NCBI GenBank assembly: GCA_963624045.1
Contig: CAVFNI010000004.1
Coordinates: 20,931-84,930, forward strand
Length of the DNA stretch: 64,000 bases
DNA from: Bacteroidaceae bacterium
GTDB lineage: Bacteria > Bacillota_I > Bacilli_A > RFN20 > CAG-826
Direction of reading: 5' to 3'
In this document: positions 40,139 through 50,014 of the stretch, piece after piece
How positions within the stretch are numbered: the stretch's first letter is position 1
Layout of the letters: each line of letters begins with the position of its first letter
Program-made: the position numbers and the translations under genes
The notes under the pieces: model-generated
What the model was told of the DNA's origin: nothing
Seen by the model: the letters and a program-made list of their open reading frames with translations, nothing else
Database searches by the model: none

Positions 40139-41131
40139 ATGAAAGTTCTTATCTCCTTTCGTCCCGAGGAGAAAAACACACCTTTCGAAGCAACAAGGCT
40201 CCGTAAAAATATTAAAGGAGCCTTGGAATTCGTTGGGGTCAACCACGTTGAAAACGCAGCTTCGTCACCGGATATCGCCCATTTCATTTCGCCATTAGAA
40301 GAAAAAACCGCTATCGAAGTGGCGAAGGAGCAAATCCCATACGTTGTAAGCGCGCTCTACACAGAAGACGATCCTAACGGCCAGTTTTTGGATCGTTCTA
40401 AAAACGGCGAGCTCTCTTTGCTGACTAAAGCCAAGGCAATTTTAATGGGTGCCAGAGTTGTTATCGTCCCATCGGAAATAGCTAAATACACCATCAAAGC
40501 AATGGGTGTCACTAATCGAATTGAGATTGTCCCATCAGGTGTTAATTTAACTCGTTTTGAACGACTTGACGAAATAGAATACACGGCTTTTGCAAAATAT
40601 TTTCGATTTTCTGATAAATCTGGATTTGTTTTGCTGGTTGGTGATTTGGGTAATGATGACGCCTTTTTCCTTTTGAAATCATTAGGGAACATGCTTCCCA
40701 ACACCCGTTTTTTCTTGATTGACGCCAAAAGAGAGGAAAACAGGAAGAAATACCGCCGCAAAGAAAGGGAATTGCCCAAGAATGTGAACGTTGTTGGCTT
40801 ATTAAGCGACGACCTTTATCGGAGCGCTTTAATGTCGGCAATGGCTTTTTTGGTTATTGGTGATTCCTCTTATTGCGACATGACGGTTTTGGAATGCTTT
40901 GCCGCAAAATTGCCCGTAATCGCTTATTCAAGAAACGTTATAGACCACCTTATCAACGATAAAACTGCTTATTTCGCTAACGATGCTCAAGATGTTGCGG
41001 ATTATTTGATGGATTTATCATCGGGAAACGCTTCTTCGTCTATAATTGATGCGTATAATTTAGCGAAGGAGAACACCTTTAGGAAAATAGGCGAACAGCT
41101 TGCATCCATCTATCGCAGCGTTCTTATCTAA
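40139..41131 (+). CDS. glycosyltransferase, GT-B fold (GT4-like)
   Basis: 330 aa. The C-terminal half has a GT4-like pattern (GLLSDDLYRSALMSAMAFLV...VLECFAAKLPVIAY). The assignment rests on overall pattern only. Confidence 0.5.
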   Translation: MKVLISFRPEEKNTPFEATRLRKNIKGALEFVGVNHVENAASSPDIAHFISPLEEKTAIEVAKEQIPYVVSALYTEDDPNGQFLDRSKNGELSLLTKAKAILMGARVVIVPSEIAKYTIKAMGVTNRIEIVPSGVNLTRFERLDEIEYTAFAKYFRFSDKSGFVLLVGDLGNDDAFFLLKSLGNMLPNTRFFLIDAKREENRKKYRRKERELPKNVNVVGLLSDDLYRSALMSAMAFLVIGDSSYCDMTVLECFAAKLPVIAYSRNVIDHLINDKTAYFANDAQDVADYLMDLSSGNASSSIIDAYNLAKENTFRKIGEQLASIYRSVLI

Positions 41132-41145
41132 GAAGGAGAGAAAAA

Positions 41146-42426
41146 ATGATTGATCTGAAGAAAATTGAAAACGAACCAGAAAAAGTCAAAGAGTTATTGG
41201 CGAGAAAAGGCTGGGAATTTGATCCGTCACCATTGCTTAACGATTTTAAGAAGAGAAAAGAGCTTCTTTTAGAAGTCGAAAGTAACAAAGCCGAGCAGAA
41301 TAAATTATCTAAATCGGTGCCGCAAATCAAAAAGGAAGGCGGCGACGTTCAAGCCGTCTTCGCCAAAGTCAAAGAACTTGCCAAAGAAAACGCCGATAAA
41401 GAAAAAGAATTGGATGAAGTGAATAAAGACATCCAGGCTCGCGTTGAGGTTCTGCCTAATCTTCCAGACGAGGACCTTTTGCCTGGCGAGAAGGAAAACA
41501 ACACCCCGATTTATCATTTCGGTAAAGAACCCACTTTCGATGGATTCACCCCCAAAAATCACGTAGAATTAGCGGAATCGCTCGGTCTTATCGATTATAA
41601 GAGGGCGGCGAAGATCAGTGGCACTGGCACTTGGATTTATACTGGCAAAGGCGCACAGCTTGAGTGGGCTTTGTTGAATTATTTCATCTCTGCCCATTTA
41701 GCCGATGGCTATACCTTCATTTTGCCTCCTCATCTTCTCAATTTCCAAAGCGGGTTCACCGCTGGGCAATTCCCCAAATTCAAAAACGATGTTTTTTGGT
41801 TAAACGGTGCTGATCCGGAAAAATTCTTGCTTCCAACCGCCGAAACGGCGCTTGTCAATCTCCATCGCGACGAAGTGCTTTCGGTTCGTGACTTGCCTAA
41901 GAAATATTTTGCTTACACGCCTTGTTACCGCAAAGAAGCGGGAAGCTATCGCACCGAAGAAAGGGGCATGATTCGCGGCTATCAATTCGATAAGGTAGAG
42001 ATGGTCCAATATACTACCGATGACGGAAGCGACGCCGCCTTCGAAGAACTCGTAAATAAAGCGAAAAAACTCGTTGAGGGTTTGGGGCTTTGTTATCAAA
42101 TCGACAAATTGGCGGCTGGCGATTGCAGCGCCTCCATGGCTCGTACATATGACATTGAAGTATGGATTCCGTCGATGCATATCTATAAAGAAGTTTCTAG
42201 CGTATCTAACGCCAGGGATTATCAGGCTAGGCGTGGCATGATTCGTTACAAAGATGAAGATGGCAAAATGCATTTCTGTCATACATTAAATGGTTCTGGT
42301 CTCGCCACTTCGCGAATTTTCCCCGCTTTGCTTGAACAATTCCAACAAGCTGATGGCTCGGTTGTCATACCTGAGGTTTTGCGTCCATTTATGGGTGGCA
42401 TCGACGTTTTAAAGCCGATTAAATAA
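41146..42426 (+). CDS. serS: serine--tRNA ligase
   Basis: N-terminal coiled-coil MIDLKKIENEPEKVKELL, class II motifs YRKEAGSYG-like (CYRKEAGSY) and GSGLATSRIFPALLE. Confidence 0.95.
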   Translation: MIDLKKIENEPEKVKELLARKGWEFDPSPLLNDFKKRKELLLEVESNKAEQNKLSKSVPQIKKEGGDVQAVFAKVKELAKENADKEKELDEVNKDIQARVEVLPNLPDEDLLPGEKENNTPIYHFGKEPTFDGFTPKNHVELAESLGLIDYKRAAKISGTGTWIYTGKGAQLEWALLNYFISAHLADGYTFILPPHLLNFQSGFTAGQFPKFKNDVFWLNGADPEKFLLPTAETALVNLHRDEVLSVRDLPKKYFAYTPCYRKEAGSYRTEERGMIRGYQFDKVEMVQYTTDDGSDAAFEELVNKAKKLVEGLGLCYQIDKLAAGDCSASMARTYDIEVWIPSMHIYKEVSSVSNARDYQARRGMIRYKDEDGKMHFCHTLNGSGLATSRIFPALLEQFQQADGSVVIPEVLRPFMGGIDVLKPIK

Positions 42427-42565
42427 GTGCTAATAAACCCTTGGTTGGTTTTTGTTTTGTTCGTTTCTTTTTGGATATTTGTTTTTGTGTCAAAAAACCA
42501 AAAAATCCGTGCAGAATACGCATGGATTTAAAAAACGTCATTGGTTTTATTTTTGTTGGTTTCTC

Positions 42566-42594
42566 TTTCAAAAGAGCAAATATCAATTTATAAT
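42566..42594 (+). promoter_or_regulatory. candidate promoter of the SRP RNA gene
   Basis: A perfect -10 TATAAT lies at 42589-42594, with a weak -35 TTTCAA 17 nt upstream. This places the transcription start at about 42601. Confidence 0.45.
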
Positions 42595-42600
42595 ACGTTT

Positions 42601-42682
42601 GCCATCGCGAAGGGCGTCTTTCGAACCTGGTCAGGGCCGGAAGGAAGCAGCCATAAGGAAGAGGCCTTTGTGCGGTGGTTTT
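42601..42682 (+). ncRNA. ffs: signal recognition particle RNA, short (4.5S-like) form
   Basis: CCUGGUCAGGGCCGGAAGGAAGCAGCCAUAAGG matches the universally conserved domain IV of 4.5S RNA (E. coli CCAGGUCAGGUCCGGAAGGAAGCAGCCAAGG). The 5' GCCAUCGC pairs with the 3' GCGGUGGU to close the helix, and a U-run follows. Confidence 0.85.
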
Positions 42683-42687
42683 ATCTT

Positions 42688-43143
42688 ATGAATGAAGATT
42701 TGTTTATGAATAAAGCGATTGAGCTTGCTGAAAAAGCTCTTTCGTGCGGTGAGGTCCCCGTTGGCGCCGTTGTGGTGAAAAACGGCGAAATAATAGGTGA
42801 GGGGTATAACCGTAGGGAAAACAAATTAGATATATCCTCGCACGCTGAGATTGAAGCGCTTCGAGCTGCTGCTATAAAAACGAATGATTGGCGTCTTGAC
42901 GGTTGCTCTCTTTTTGTTACGCTTGAGCCTTGCCTCATGTGCAGCGGCGCGATATTGCAAAGCCGTATATCGTCTTTATATTTCGGCGCCAGAGATGTCC
43001 ACGATGGGGCTGTTTTATCTAAATATTTCGTTTTTGATGACCCTTCGGTTCATCTTCGCCCTTTGATTCATCCAGATTTTCATAAAGAGGAATGTGAGCG
43101 CCTTTTGAAGGATTTTTTCTCCGTTGCTCGGCAAGATACATAG
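42688..43143 (+). CDS. tadA: tRNA-specific adenosine deaminase
   Basis: VPVGAVVV, the zinc motifs HAEIEAL and LEPCLMCSGAI. The start is trimmed to the ATG at 42688, because the upstream 49 codons of the track ORF are the SRP RNA gene and its promoter. Confidence 0.9.
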   Translation: MNEDLFMNKAIELAEKALSCGEVPVGAVVVKNGEIIGEGYNRRENKLDISSHAEIEALRAAAIKTNDWRLDGCSLFVTLEPCLMCSGAILQSRISSLYFGARDVHDGAVLSKYFVFDDPSVHLRPLIHPDFHKEECERLLKDFFSVARQDT

Positions 43144-43217
43144 ACGTTATTTTGTTCTTTGAACAACCTCGCACAAAATAGAAGGAGAACGAAGCCTCTT
43201 GTGATATTATTAGCGAG

Positions 43218-46112
43218 ATGCTGGAATTAAGGGACATTAAAAAATCGTATCAAGTTGATAAGCGGGCGTACCCGGCTTTGAAGGGCGTTTCCCTTTCTTT
43301 TGGCGAAAGCGGTTTTGTCGCCATCCTCGGCCCATCGGGGTGTGGCAAAACAACGTTGCTAAACATTATTGGTGGCCTCGATCAATACACCGAAGGGGAT
43401 TTGTTGGTTGGGAATAAGTCGACAAAGAATTTTCGTGACGATGATTGGGACGCCTATCGAAACGAGCACATCGGTTTCGTTTTTCAAAGTTACAACCTCA
43501 TTCCTCACATGAGCGTTCTTGATAATGTTGAAACGAGTTTGTTGCTTAACGGCGCTCCGAAAAACGAAAGACAAGAGAAAGCCTTGCGTGCCCTTAAAGC
43601 GGTCGGTCTCGAAGGCGTAGAGAAAAAGAAACCAAACCAATTGTCCGGCGGGCAAATGCAACGCGTCGCTTTAGCGCGAGCGATTGTTAATGACCCAAGC
43701 ATCATCTTGGCGGACGAACCAACGGGAGCTCTTGATTCGGTGACTTCTATTCAAGTGATGGAAATATTGCAAAAACTAAGCAAAACCCGCTTGGTTATCA
43801 TGGTGACGCACAATCGAGAATTGGCTTTTCAATATGCCAAAAGGATCATCGAATTAAAAGACGGCCTTGTCGTTTCTGATTCCAATCCGTTTGAGATTAA
43901 AAAAATCGACGCCGAAGCGAAGCAACTGCCAAAGAAAACATCGATGAGTTTCCTTACGGCGCTGAAAAGCTCCTTTAATAATATTCGCACGAAAAAAATT
44001 AGGGCGATTCTTACCGCCGTCGCCTCGTCTATTGGCATTTTCGGGGTTGCGCTAGTGCTGGCTGTTTCTAACGGCTTTCAAAATTACGTTTCCAACGTTG
44101 AGGCTTCTATCGCTTCCAGCGTTCCAATCACAATCGCCAAAACATCCTATTCGTATGTTTCTAATGCGGTTTCCGACTACGTTGCCTACCCCGATGACGA
44201 AAATGTCAATGTTTATGACTCTAGCAAAACCGCTTATATTGCTCATACTAATTACTACGATAAGGATTACATTGATAACGTTATAAACCCTTTGGTCAAA
44301 GAAGGTTTGGCGCGATCGGTGTTAATCAACAGAAATGGGCTCACCTTCAATTTGATTAAGGAGGTGGCAAGCGAAGAAGGCGCCACTTACAAATTCATCA
44401 ATCAATACGCTTCGGCGGGAGGGTTTTCTAGCGCCATTTCCGGGGCGACGTCTTTGCCGACGACAATTTTTCACGAATTATACGGCGAGGAAAAAGGCGT
44501 TCTTTCCATGTATGATTGCATCTATGGCAAATATCCAACTTCCTCTGACGAACTTGTTTTGATTTTGGATAAATACAATCGGATCGATTTATCCACCCTT
44601 AAAAAATTAGGAATCGTTTCATCCTCCGATAGCGAGCAAGCTCAAAAAATTTCTTTCGAAGATATCGTGAACAAACATACATATAAGGCTTACTTCAATT
44701 CATCTTTTTATGAAGAAGGGGACGATTCTTGCAATATCAATGTTCGCGGATATTCGAAAATAATGCCTAAATTAAAAGATGGGTCGTTGGTGTTAGAAGG
44801 GGAGACGACTGACGTTAAAACGGTCAAAAGGGCCTTAAAAATGGATGCCGATTCCTCAGGAGCTGAATATATCTACCATAACGATGCCAAATATAACCCC
44901 AAAATTTTGAAAATAGTCGGCATTTTGCGTCCGTCGAAAAGCAGTTACATACAACTTATGCCGACATCCATTGGGTATTTGTCGTCCTTGACCGATGAAT
45001 TCGCCGCGGATGCCGAGCAAAAATGTGGATTCTTGCATGATAATTCCGAAAACGCTTGGTATATCCCCACAGGCGTTTCCAATTCGTCTGGGATTTTAAA
45101 ATACGACGAGAAAAACGATGGGCGAAAAGCCATCGAAAGCGCTTTTAACGCCATCCTGAAGACGATCGGAGAAGGCGGAGAATTGAGCGTCTCTTCCGTT
45201 TCGTCATTGGCTAACGCTTTAAATTACACGTATTTTAACGTTGCCAAAAAGGACGTCGGCGCCGGCTATTATTCGTTGATTGGCGCAAGCGCTTATTTAA
45301 GTGACGCTAGAAAGATAGGCAAAGATTTTCGCGGCGATTTGGTTGGGCGCTTAGTCGATCGGTTGACCAACGGCGACACAAAAACCAAAAAGGCTGCTTC
45401 CATGGCGTTTTTGGAAAGGATTCTCGAATCAAGTTTTTATCAAAACGGGCACGAGAACGACGCTTATGATATCGATTCAGAAAACATCGACACGGATTTT
45501 AACATCATGGATCTTATCGCCTATTTCCAATCGTATTCACTAATAACATCCATTCTCATCTTTCCGACGGCCTTGACGACGAAGGGTGAATTGCTGACTA
45601 AGTTGGACCAATATAACGAAGGCAAAGAAGAAAGCAAAAAGATTTATTACACTGACATCATGACGACTTTCACTTCTTCCCTATCGACGCTCATCGAGGT
45701 GTTATCCAGCGTTCTTGTCGTTTTTGCTTCCATTTCTTTGGTTGTTTCGAGCATCATGACGGCGATTGTCACGTATGTGTCAGTCATTGAACGGACAAAA
45801 GAAATCGGCGTTTTGCGAGCGTGCGGGGCCAGAAAAAAAGACGTCGGCCGTCTTTTTGAAGCGGAATGCGTGATCATCGGTTTTGCCGCCGGCCTTATCG
45901 GTGTTCTTTTCGCTTATTTGATGAGCGCCCCAATCAATCTTGTTATCGACCACATCTATCCTGATAATGGTTTGAATAGTATCGCTTCACTTCATCCCGT
46001 TCATGCCGTCATCTTGGTTGCTGTATCGATTTTTCTGGCTTTCATCTCCGGTTTGATTCCGGCGAGAGTCGGAGCTAAGAAAGACCCCGTGGCCGCTTTA
46101 AGGACAGAATAA
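43218..46112 (+). CDS. fused ABC ATPase / FtsX-type permease (MacB-like) with a very large extracytoplasmic domain
   Basis: 964 aa with Walker [10 protein letters not shown], signature LSGGQMQR and Walker [14 protein letters not shown]1 lies at about residue 265, followed by an ectodomain of about 520 aa. The C-terminal FtsX module reads [19 protein letters not shown]. Confidence 0.88.
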   Translation: MLELRDIKKSYQVDKRAYPALKGVSLSFGESGFVAILGPSGCGKTTLLNIIGGLDQYTEGDLLVGNKSTKNFRDDDWDAYRNEHIGFVFQSYNLIPHMSVLDNVETSLLLNGAPKNERQEKALRALKAVGLEGVEKKKPNQLSGGQMQRVALARAIVNDPSIILADEPTGALDSVTSIQVMEILQKLSKTRLVIMVTHNRELAFQYAKRIIELKDGLVVSDSNPFEIKKIDAEAKQLPKKTSMSFLTALKSSFNNIRTKKIRAILTAVASSIGIFGVALVLAVSNGFQNYVSNVEASIASSVPITIAKTSYSYVSNAVSDYVAYPDDENVNVYDSSKTAYIAHTNYYDKDYIDNVINPLVKEGLARSVLINRNGLTFNLIKEVASEEGATYKFINQYASAGGFSSAISGATSLPTTIFHELYGEEKGVLSMYDCIYGKYPTSSDELVLILDKYNRIDLSTLKKLGIVSSSDSEQAQKISFEDIVNKHTYKAYFNSSFYEEGDDSCNINVRGYSKIMPKLKDGSLVLEGETTDVKTVKRALKMDADSSGAEYIYHNDAKYNPKILKIVGILRPSKSSYIQLMPTSIGYLSSLTDEFAADAEQKCGFLHDNSENAWYIPTGVSNSSGILKYDEKNDGRKAIESAFNAILKTIGEGGELSVSSVSSLANALNYTYFNVAKKDVGAGYYSLIGASAYLSDARKIGKDFRGDLVGRLVDRLTNGDTKTKKAASMAFLERILESSFYQNGHENDAYDIDSENIDTDFNIMDLIAYFQSYSLITSILIFPTALTTKGELLTKLDQYNEGKEESKKIYYTDIMTTFTSSLSTLIEVLSSVLVVFASISLVVSSIMTAIVTYVSVIERTKEIGVLRACGARKKDVGRLFEAECVIIGFAAGLIGVLFAYLMSAPINLVIDHIYPDNGLNSIASLHPVHAVILVAVSIFLAFISGLIPARVGAKKDPVAALRTE

Positions 46113-46114
46113 AC

Positions 46115-48547
46115 ATGAGCAAAAAGAGTGAATTGGAAGCGAAGATAGCAAAAGCAAAGGCGATTTATCCTGATTTTGCAGTCGGTTTAACCGATGAGCA
46201 AATCGAAGAAAGAAAGCGAGAAGGCCTTTCTAATAACGTTCCAAAAAAAGTCACTAAAACCTATTGGGGGATCCTTTTTGATAACGTATTTACTTTCTTC
46301 AACCTTATTTATTTCGTATTAGCCATTTTGATGGCTTATGGAAAGACGCCGATTTCTTCGTTTTTCTTCTTGCTTCCGATTACTGGCAATATCGTAATTG
46401 GCCTAACAACCGACATTCGCGCCAGGCGGTTGGTTGATAAATTAAGGCTTGTCACTAACCCCAAGGTACGTGTTGTCAGGGGCGCCAAAGAAACGGAAAT
46501 TGGTTTGCGTGATTTGTTGTTAAGTGACATTGTGGTTTTGCAAGCCGGCGACCAAGTTCCTGCTGACGCCATTATCGTCAATGGTCGTCTTTCTATGAAC
46601 GAAGCGCTTGTTACGGGCGAATCCGCCAAGATAGAGAAGAAGGTTGGTGACGACGTTCTTTCCGGTACATTTGTCCAGGCTGGCAAAGCATATGCACGTG
46701 TGGTCAAAGTCGGCATCGCTAATTACGCCGAAGGTCTTCAAAATAGCGCTAAAAGGTTTTCTCGCCCCAAAAGCGAACTTAAAACTTCCTTTTTCCTTAT
46801 TTTTACGACAACCGGAATCATCGCCATCTTGTTCGGTCTTGTTCAATTGCTTATTTGGTTAGCCCAAAACGATTGGGCGGTCGATTATCCAAAATATCAG
46901 GAATTCATTAAGGGGTTATCGGGATCATTAGTGGCGATGATTCCCGCCGGTCTTTATCTTTTAACGTCATTGACGCTTGGAATTGGTGTTCTCTCTTTAG
47001 CCAAAAAGAGAATGAATGTCCAAGAACTTTATTGCATAGAGATGCTAGCGAGAGTCGATACGATTTGTTTTGATAAAACGGGGACCTTAACTGACGGCAA
47101 CCTCTCTTTCGGCGAGGTTTATTGTTTTGGCGAAGAGACAGAAGCAGAAATCAAAGAGGCTTTGAAATCGATAGTTCTCGCTACGGGCGATGATAACGCA
47201 ACCGCCAAAGCAATTAAGGCGCTTGATGTTTCTGACACCTGGGAAGCTGACGCCAATATTCCCTTTGATTCCGCCCGCAAATATAGCGCTGCCTCGTTCG
47301 CCAAGAAGGGCACGTTTGTGTTCGGGGCTCCAGGTTTTGTCGATGCCAAGAAAAACGATTATGCCGAAATCAGAATCGAGAAACTCTCCGATCGTGGCTA
47401 CCGCGTATTGGGCTTATATCATAGCAACTCAATGATAAAAAATGATAAAATCCCTGCAAAACTTGATTTAATTGCTGTAATAGCTCTTTCGGATCACATC
47501 AAAGAAGACGCCAAAGCGAACATCGAATGGTTTAAAAGCAATGACGTTGCCATTAAAGTTATAAGCGGGGATAACCCGGCGACCGTCAGTGAGATAGCTG
47601 GTCTTGTTGGAGTGCCTAACGCCGCCCACTATATATCATTGCAAGGAATTAAGAACGAGGATATCCCTTTGCTTGCGGAAAAATATTCCGTTTTTGGGCG
47701 CGTGAGCCCCGAACAAAAAGCTCTTCTTATTGAGGCGCTTCAGAAAAACGGGCACAAAGTTGCAATGACGGGAGATGGCGTCAACGACATCCTGGCTCTT
47801 AAAAAAGCCGATTGCTCTATCGCCATGGCTTCTGGTTCTAGCGCCGCTCAAAACGTTTCGCACATCGTTTCGTTGGATAACGACTTCTCTAAACTGCCAG
47901 ACGTCGTAAGCGAAGGGCGCCGCGTTATCAATAACCTTCAAAGGACGGCTGCGTTGTTTTTGTCGAAAACGCTATTTGCCATCACGATTACCATCGCTTT
48001 CCTCGTTGCGAGCCTCGTTAACGAGGCAGAGCATTATCCGTTTACGACTTCTAACATGATTCTTTGGGAACTTTTCACAATCGGCATTGGCGGCTTTTTG
48101 TTGGCGTTACAGCCATCGAATGAGCGGTTAAAAGGCAATTTCATGAAATTCATCATTACGCACGCCATTCCGTCGGGGCTTATGGAAATGCTTTCCGTGT
48201 TGGTCGTCTTCTCCATTCATTGGGCCAATCCTTCTTTTTTGAATTTCGAACAAGCGACGGCTATCGCCGTTATGGTCTTCAGCTTTTTAAGCTATTTGAC
48301 TCTCTATATTGTCTCGATGCCGCTCGATAGATATCGGATAATTGTTTTTTGTTCGCTTGCTGTTTTAGGCGCCGGATTCTTCTTGTTAGACCGTTATGGT
48401 CCGTTTGGCTTATGGTCGGTTAAATACGCCGGGATCGATTGGAATAAAACGTTTTTGGCCATTGGGGTTTATTTGGTGTGCGCTTTGCTATATTTATCTA
48501 GCGTTTGCGTTATCAGACATTTTGAGAAAAAGAGGGTTCGCATATGA
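46115..48547 (+). CDS. P-type cation-transporting ATPase (specificity unknown)
   Basis: 810 aa with TGES, phosphorylation site CFDKTGTLT and hinge MTGDGVNDILALKKAD. The TM4 motif reads IPAGL. Confidence 0.88.
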   Translation: MSKKSELEAKIAKAKAIYPDFAVGLTDEQIEERKREGLSNNVPKKVTKTYWGILFDNVFTFFNLIYFVLAILMAYGKTPISSFFFLLPITGNIVIGLTTDIRARRLVDKLRLVTNPKVRVVRGAKETEIGLRDLLLSDIVVLQAGDQVPADAIIVNGRLSMNEALVTGESAKIEKKVGDDVLSGTFVQAGKAYARVVKVGIANYAEGLQNSAKRFSRPKSELKTSFFLIFTTTGIIAILFGLVQLLIWLAQNDWAVDYPKYQEFIKGLSGSLVAMIPAGLYLLTSLTLGIGVLSLAKKRMNVQELYCIEMLARVDTICFDKTGTLTDGNLSFGEVYCFGEETEAEIKEALKSIVLATGDDNATAKAIKALDVSDTWEADANIPFDSARKYSAASFAKKGTFVFGAPGFVDAKKNDYAEIRIEKLSDRGYRVLGLYHSNSMIKNDKIPAKLDLIAVIALSDHIKEDAKANIEWFKSNDVAIKVISGDNPATVSEIAGLVGVPNAAHYISLQGIKNEDIPLLAEKYSVFGRVSPEQKALLIEALQKNGHKVAMTGDGVNDILALKKADCSIAMASGSSAAQNVSHIVSLDNDFSKLPDVVSEGRRVINNLQRTAALFLSKTLFAITITIAFLVASLVNEAEHYPFTTSNMILWELFTIGIGGFLLALQPSNERLKGNFMKFIITHAIPSGLMEMLSVLVVFSIHWANPSFLNFEQATAIAVMVFSFLSYLTLYIVSMPLDRYRIIVFCSLAVLGAGFFLLDRYGPFGLWSVKYAGIDWNKTFLAIGVYLVCALLYLSSVCVIRHFEKKRVRI

Positions 48548-49452
48548 GAATCGGAGAAAAGGTTCAAAAGGCTTTGAATTTAGGATTACCGGTGGTGGCG
48601 CTTGAGAGCACTATTATTTCACACGGAATGCCATATCCCAAAAACGTGCAAACTGCCTTGGCAGTCGAGAAGAAAGTCCGTGAATTCGGAGCCGAGCCAG
48701 CTACAATCGGGATTATCGATGGTGAACCCGTGGTAGGGATGTCGGAATTAGAAATCGAGGAATTTGGCAAGAGGAAAGGCATTAGAAAAGCCTCCAAAAG
48801 AGATCTGCCGATTGTAATCGCCAAGAAAGAATGGGGAGCCACAACCGTTTCGGCGACGATTCTAATTGCTGAAAGAGCGGGCATCGAGGTTTTTGTAACG
48901 GGAGGAATTGGCGGCGTCCATCGTGGTGCTATGGAAACATGGGACGTTTCACGCGATTTATATGAACTTGGCGAAAGGAACATTACGGTGGTTTGTGCTG
49001 GCGCCAAGGCCATTTTGGACATACCGAAAACGTTAGAAGTGCTAGAAACCCAAGGAGTTAGCGTTCTCTCTTATCAAAGCAATTCGTTTGCTAATTTTTA
49101 TTGTCGCGAGACAAAGCATGACGTCGATATGGTTTTTGCTACGCCGCTAGAGGCGGCTCAAGTAATAAAAGCAAAGCGGGAATTTCCTTTGAATGGCGGC
49201 ATTTTGATCTCTAATCCTTGCCCTGAAGAATATGCGATGCCGCATGAGAAGATTGACGCCATAATTGATAAGGCTGTTTCCGAGGCGGAAAAGCAAAATG
49301 TCAAAGGCAAAGACATTACGCCGTTTTTACTTCGTAGGATTACGGAACTTACTGGAGGCGAATCGTTAGAAACAAACATTAAATTGGTGTTAAATAACGC
49401 CGCTTTAGGTGCGCAAATAGCCGTTCAATATGCCAAAATAAGAAGCAGATAA
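48544..49452 (+). CDS. psuG: pseudouridine-5'-phosphate glycosidase
   Basis: PVVALESTIISHGMPYPKN, GATTVSAT, TGGIGGVHRG and VVCAGAKAILD run collinear with E. coli YeiN. The ATG overlaps the ATPase stop (ATGA). Confidence 0.88.
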   Translation: MRIGEKVQKALNLGLPVVALESTIISHGMPYPKNVQTALAVEKKVREFGAEPATIGIIDGEPVVGMSELEIEEFGKRKGIRKASKRDLPIVIAKKEWGATTVSATILIAERAGIEVFVTGGIGGVHRGAMETWDVSRDLYELGERNITVVCAGAKAILDIPKTLEVLETQGVSVLSYQSNSFANFYCRETKHDVDMVFATPLEAAQVIKAKREFPLNGGILISNPCPEEYAMPHEKIDAIIDKAVSEAEKQNVKGKDITPFLLRRITELTGGESLETNIKLVLNNAALGAQIAVQYAKIRSR

Positions 49453-49456
49453 GAAA

Positions 49457-50014
49457 ATGATTACCGAAGCTAAATTCAAAAAAGCGCTCAAAGAGATGAT
49501 GTTGACTTTGCCTTTAGAGGAAATAAACGTCACTGCCCTTTGTAAGAAATGCGGGTGCCACCGGCAGACGTTTTATTATCACTTTCAGGACATTTACGAT
49601 TTGTTGGCCGCTTTCTTTTTGAATGAGAAAGTTCCTGGCCTTCAAGAGGCCGACGAGGTGGAAAAAGTCTTAATGTCGCTGGTGGAATATTCGAAGAACA
49701 ATTTCGCCTTTCTCCGCTCCTCTTATAGCAGTGCCGCCCACGATCTGGTGGACGATTTCTTTTTCAATAAATTGATTAACAAGATATTCAATATCCTTAC
49801 AACGAAAAATAATTACCGCTTGTCAACGAACGGTTATCGCGCGGTTGCTAGGCGGTTTTCCAAATACGTGGCTGACGAATTTGGATATCATTTTAAGGAC
49901 CCGTCGATGAGTGACGTTAAATTTGAAAAGAGCATGAAAAAATTCGCCAAAGCGTCTCTTTTAACGGTTTTTCCAGCGCTCATAAGCTTAGCCAAAGAAG
50001 AGAAGAAAAAATGA
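49457..50014 (+). CDS. TetR-family regulator, DhaS-like subtype
   Basis: INVTALCKKCGCHRQTFYYHFQDIYDLL is the characteristic HTH region of this subfamily. Confidence 0.75.
   Translation: MITEAKFKKALKEMMLTLPLEEINVTALCKKCGCHRQTFYYHFQDIYDLLAAFFLNEKVPGLQEADEVEKVLMSLVEYSKNNFAFLRSSYSSAAHDLVDDFFFNKLINKIFNILTTKNNYRLSTNGYRAVARRFSKYVADEFGYHFKDPSMSDVKFEKSMKKFAKASLLTVFPALISLAKEEKKK

Noticed and set aside
41132-41145. I looked for a T-box leader upstream of serS, as is common in Bacillota.
   Set aside because: Only 14 nt separate the glycosyltransferase stop from the serS ATG, so there is no room for a T-box riboswitch.
42495-42540. Hairpin AATCCGTGC-N7-GCATGGATT after serS, considered as a terminator.
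   Set aside because: On the plus strand it is followed by A-rich rather than T-rich sequence. It would only look like a terminator for the minus strand, where no gene exists. The call is ambiguous.
42452-42687. ORF 42452-42691 and the first 49 codons of ORF 42541-43143.
   Set aside because: This region is a T-rich spacer followed by the promoter and gene for SRP RNA. TadA homology begins only at the ATG at 42688.
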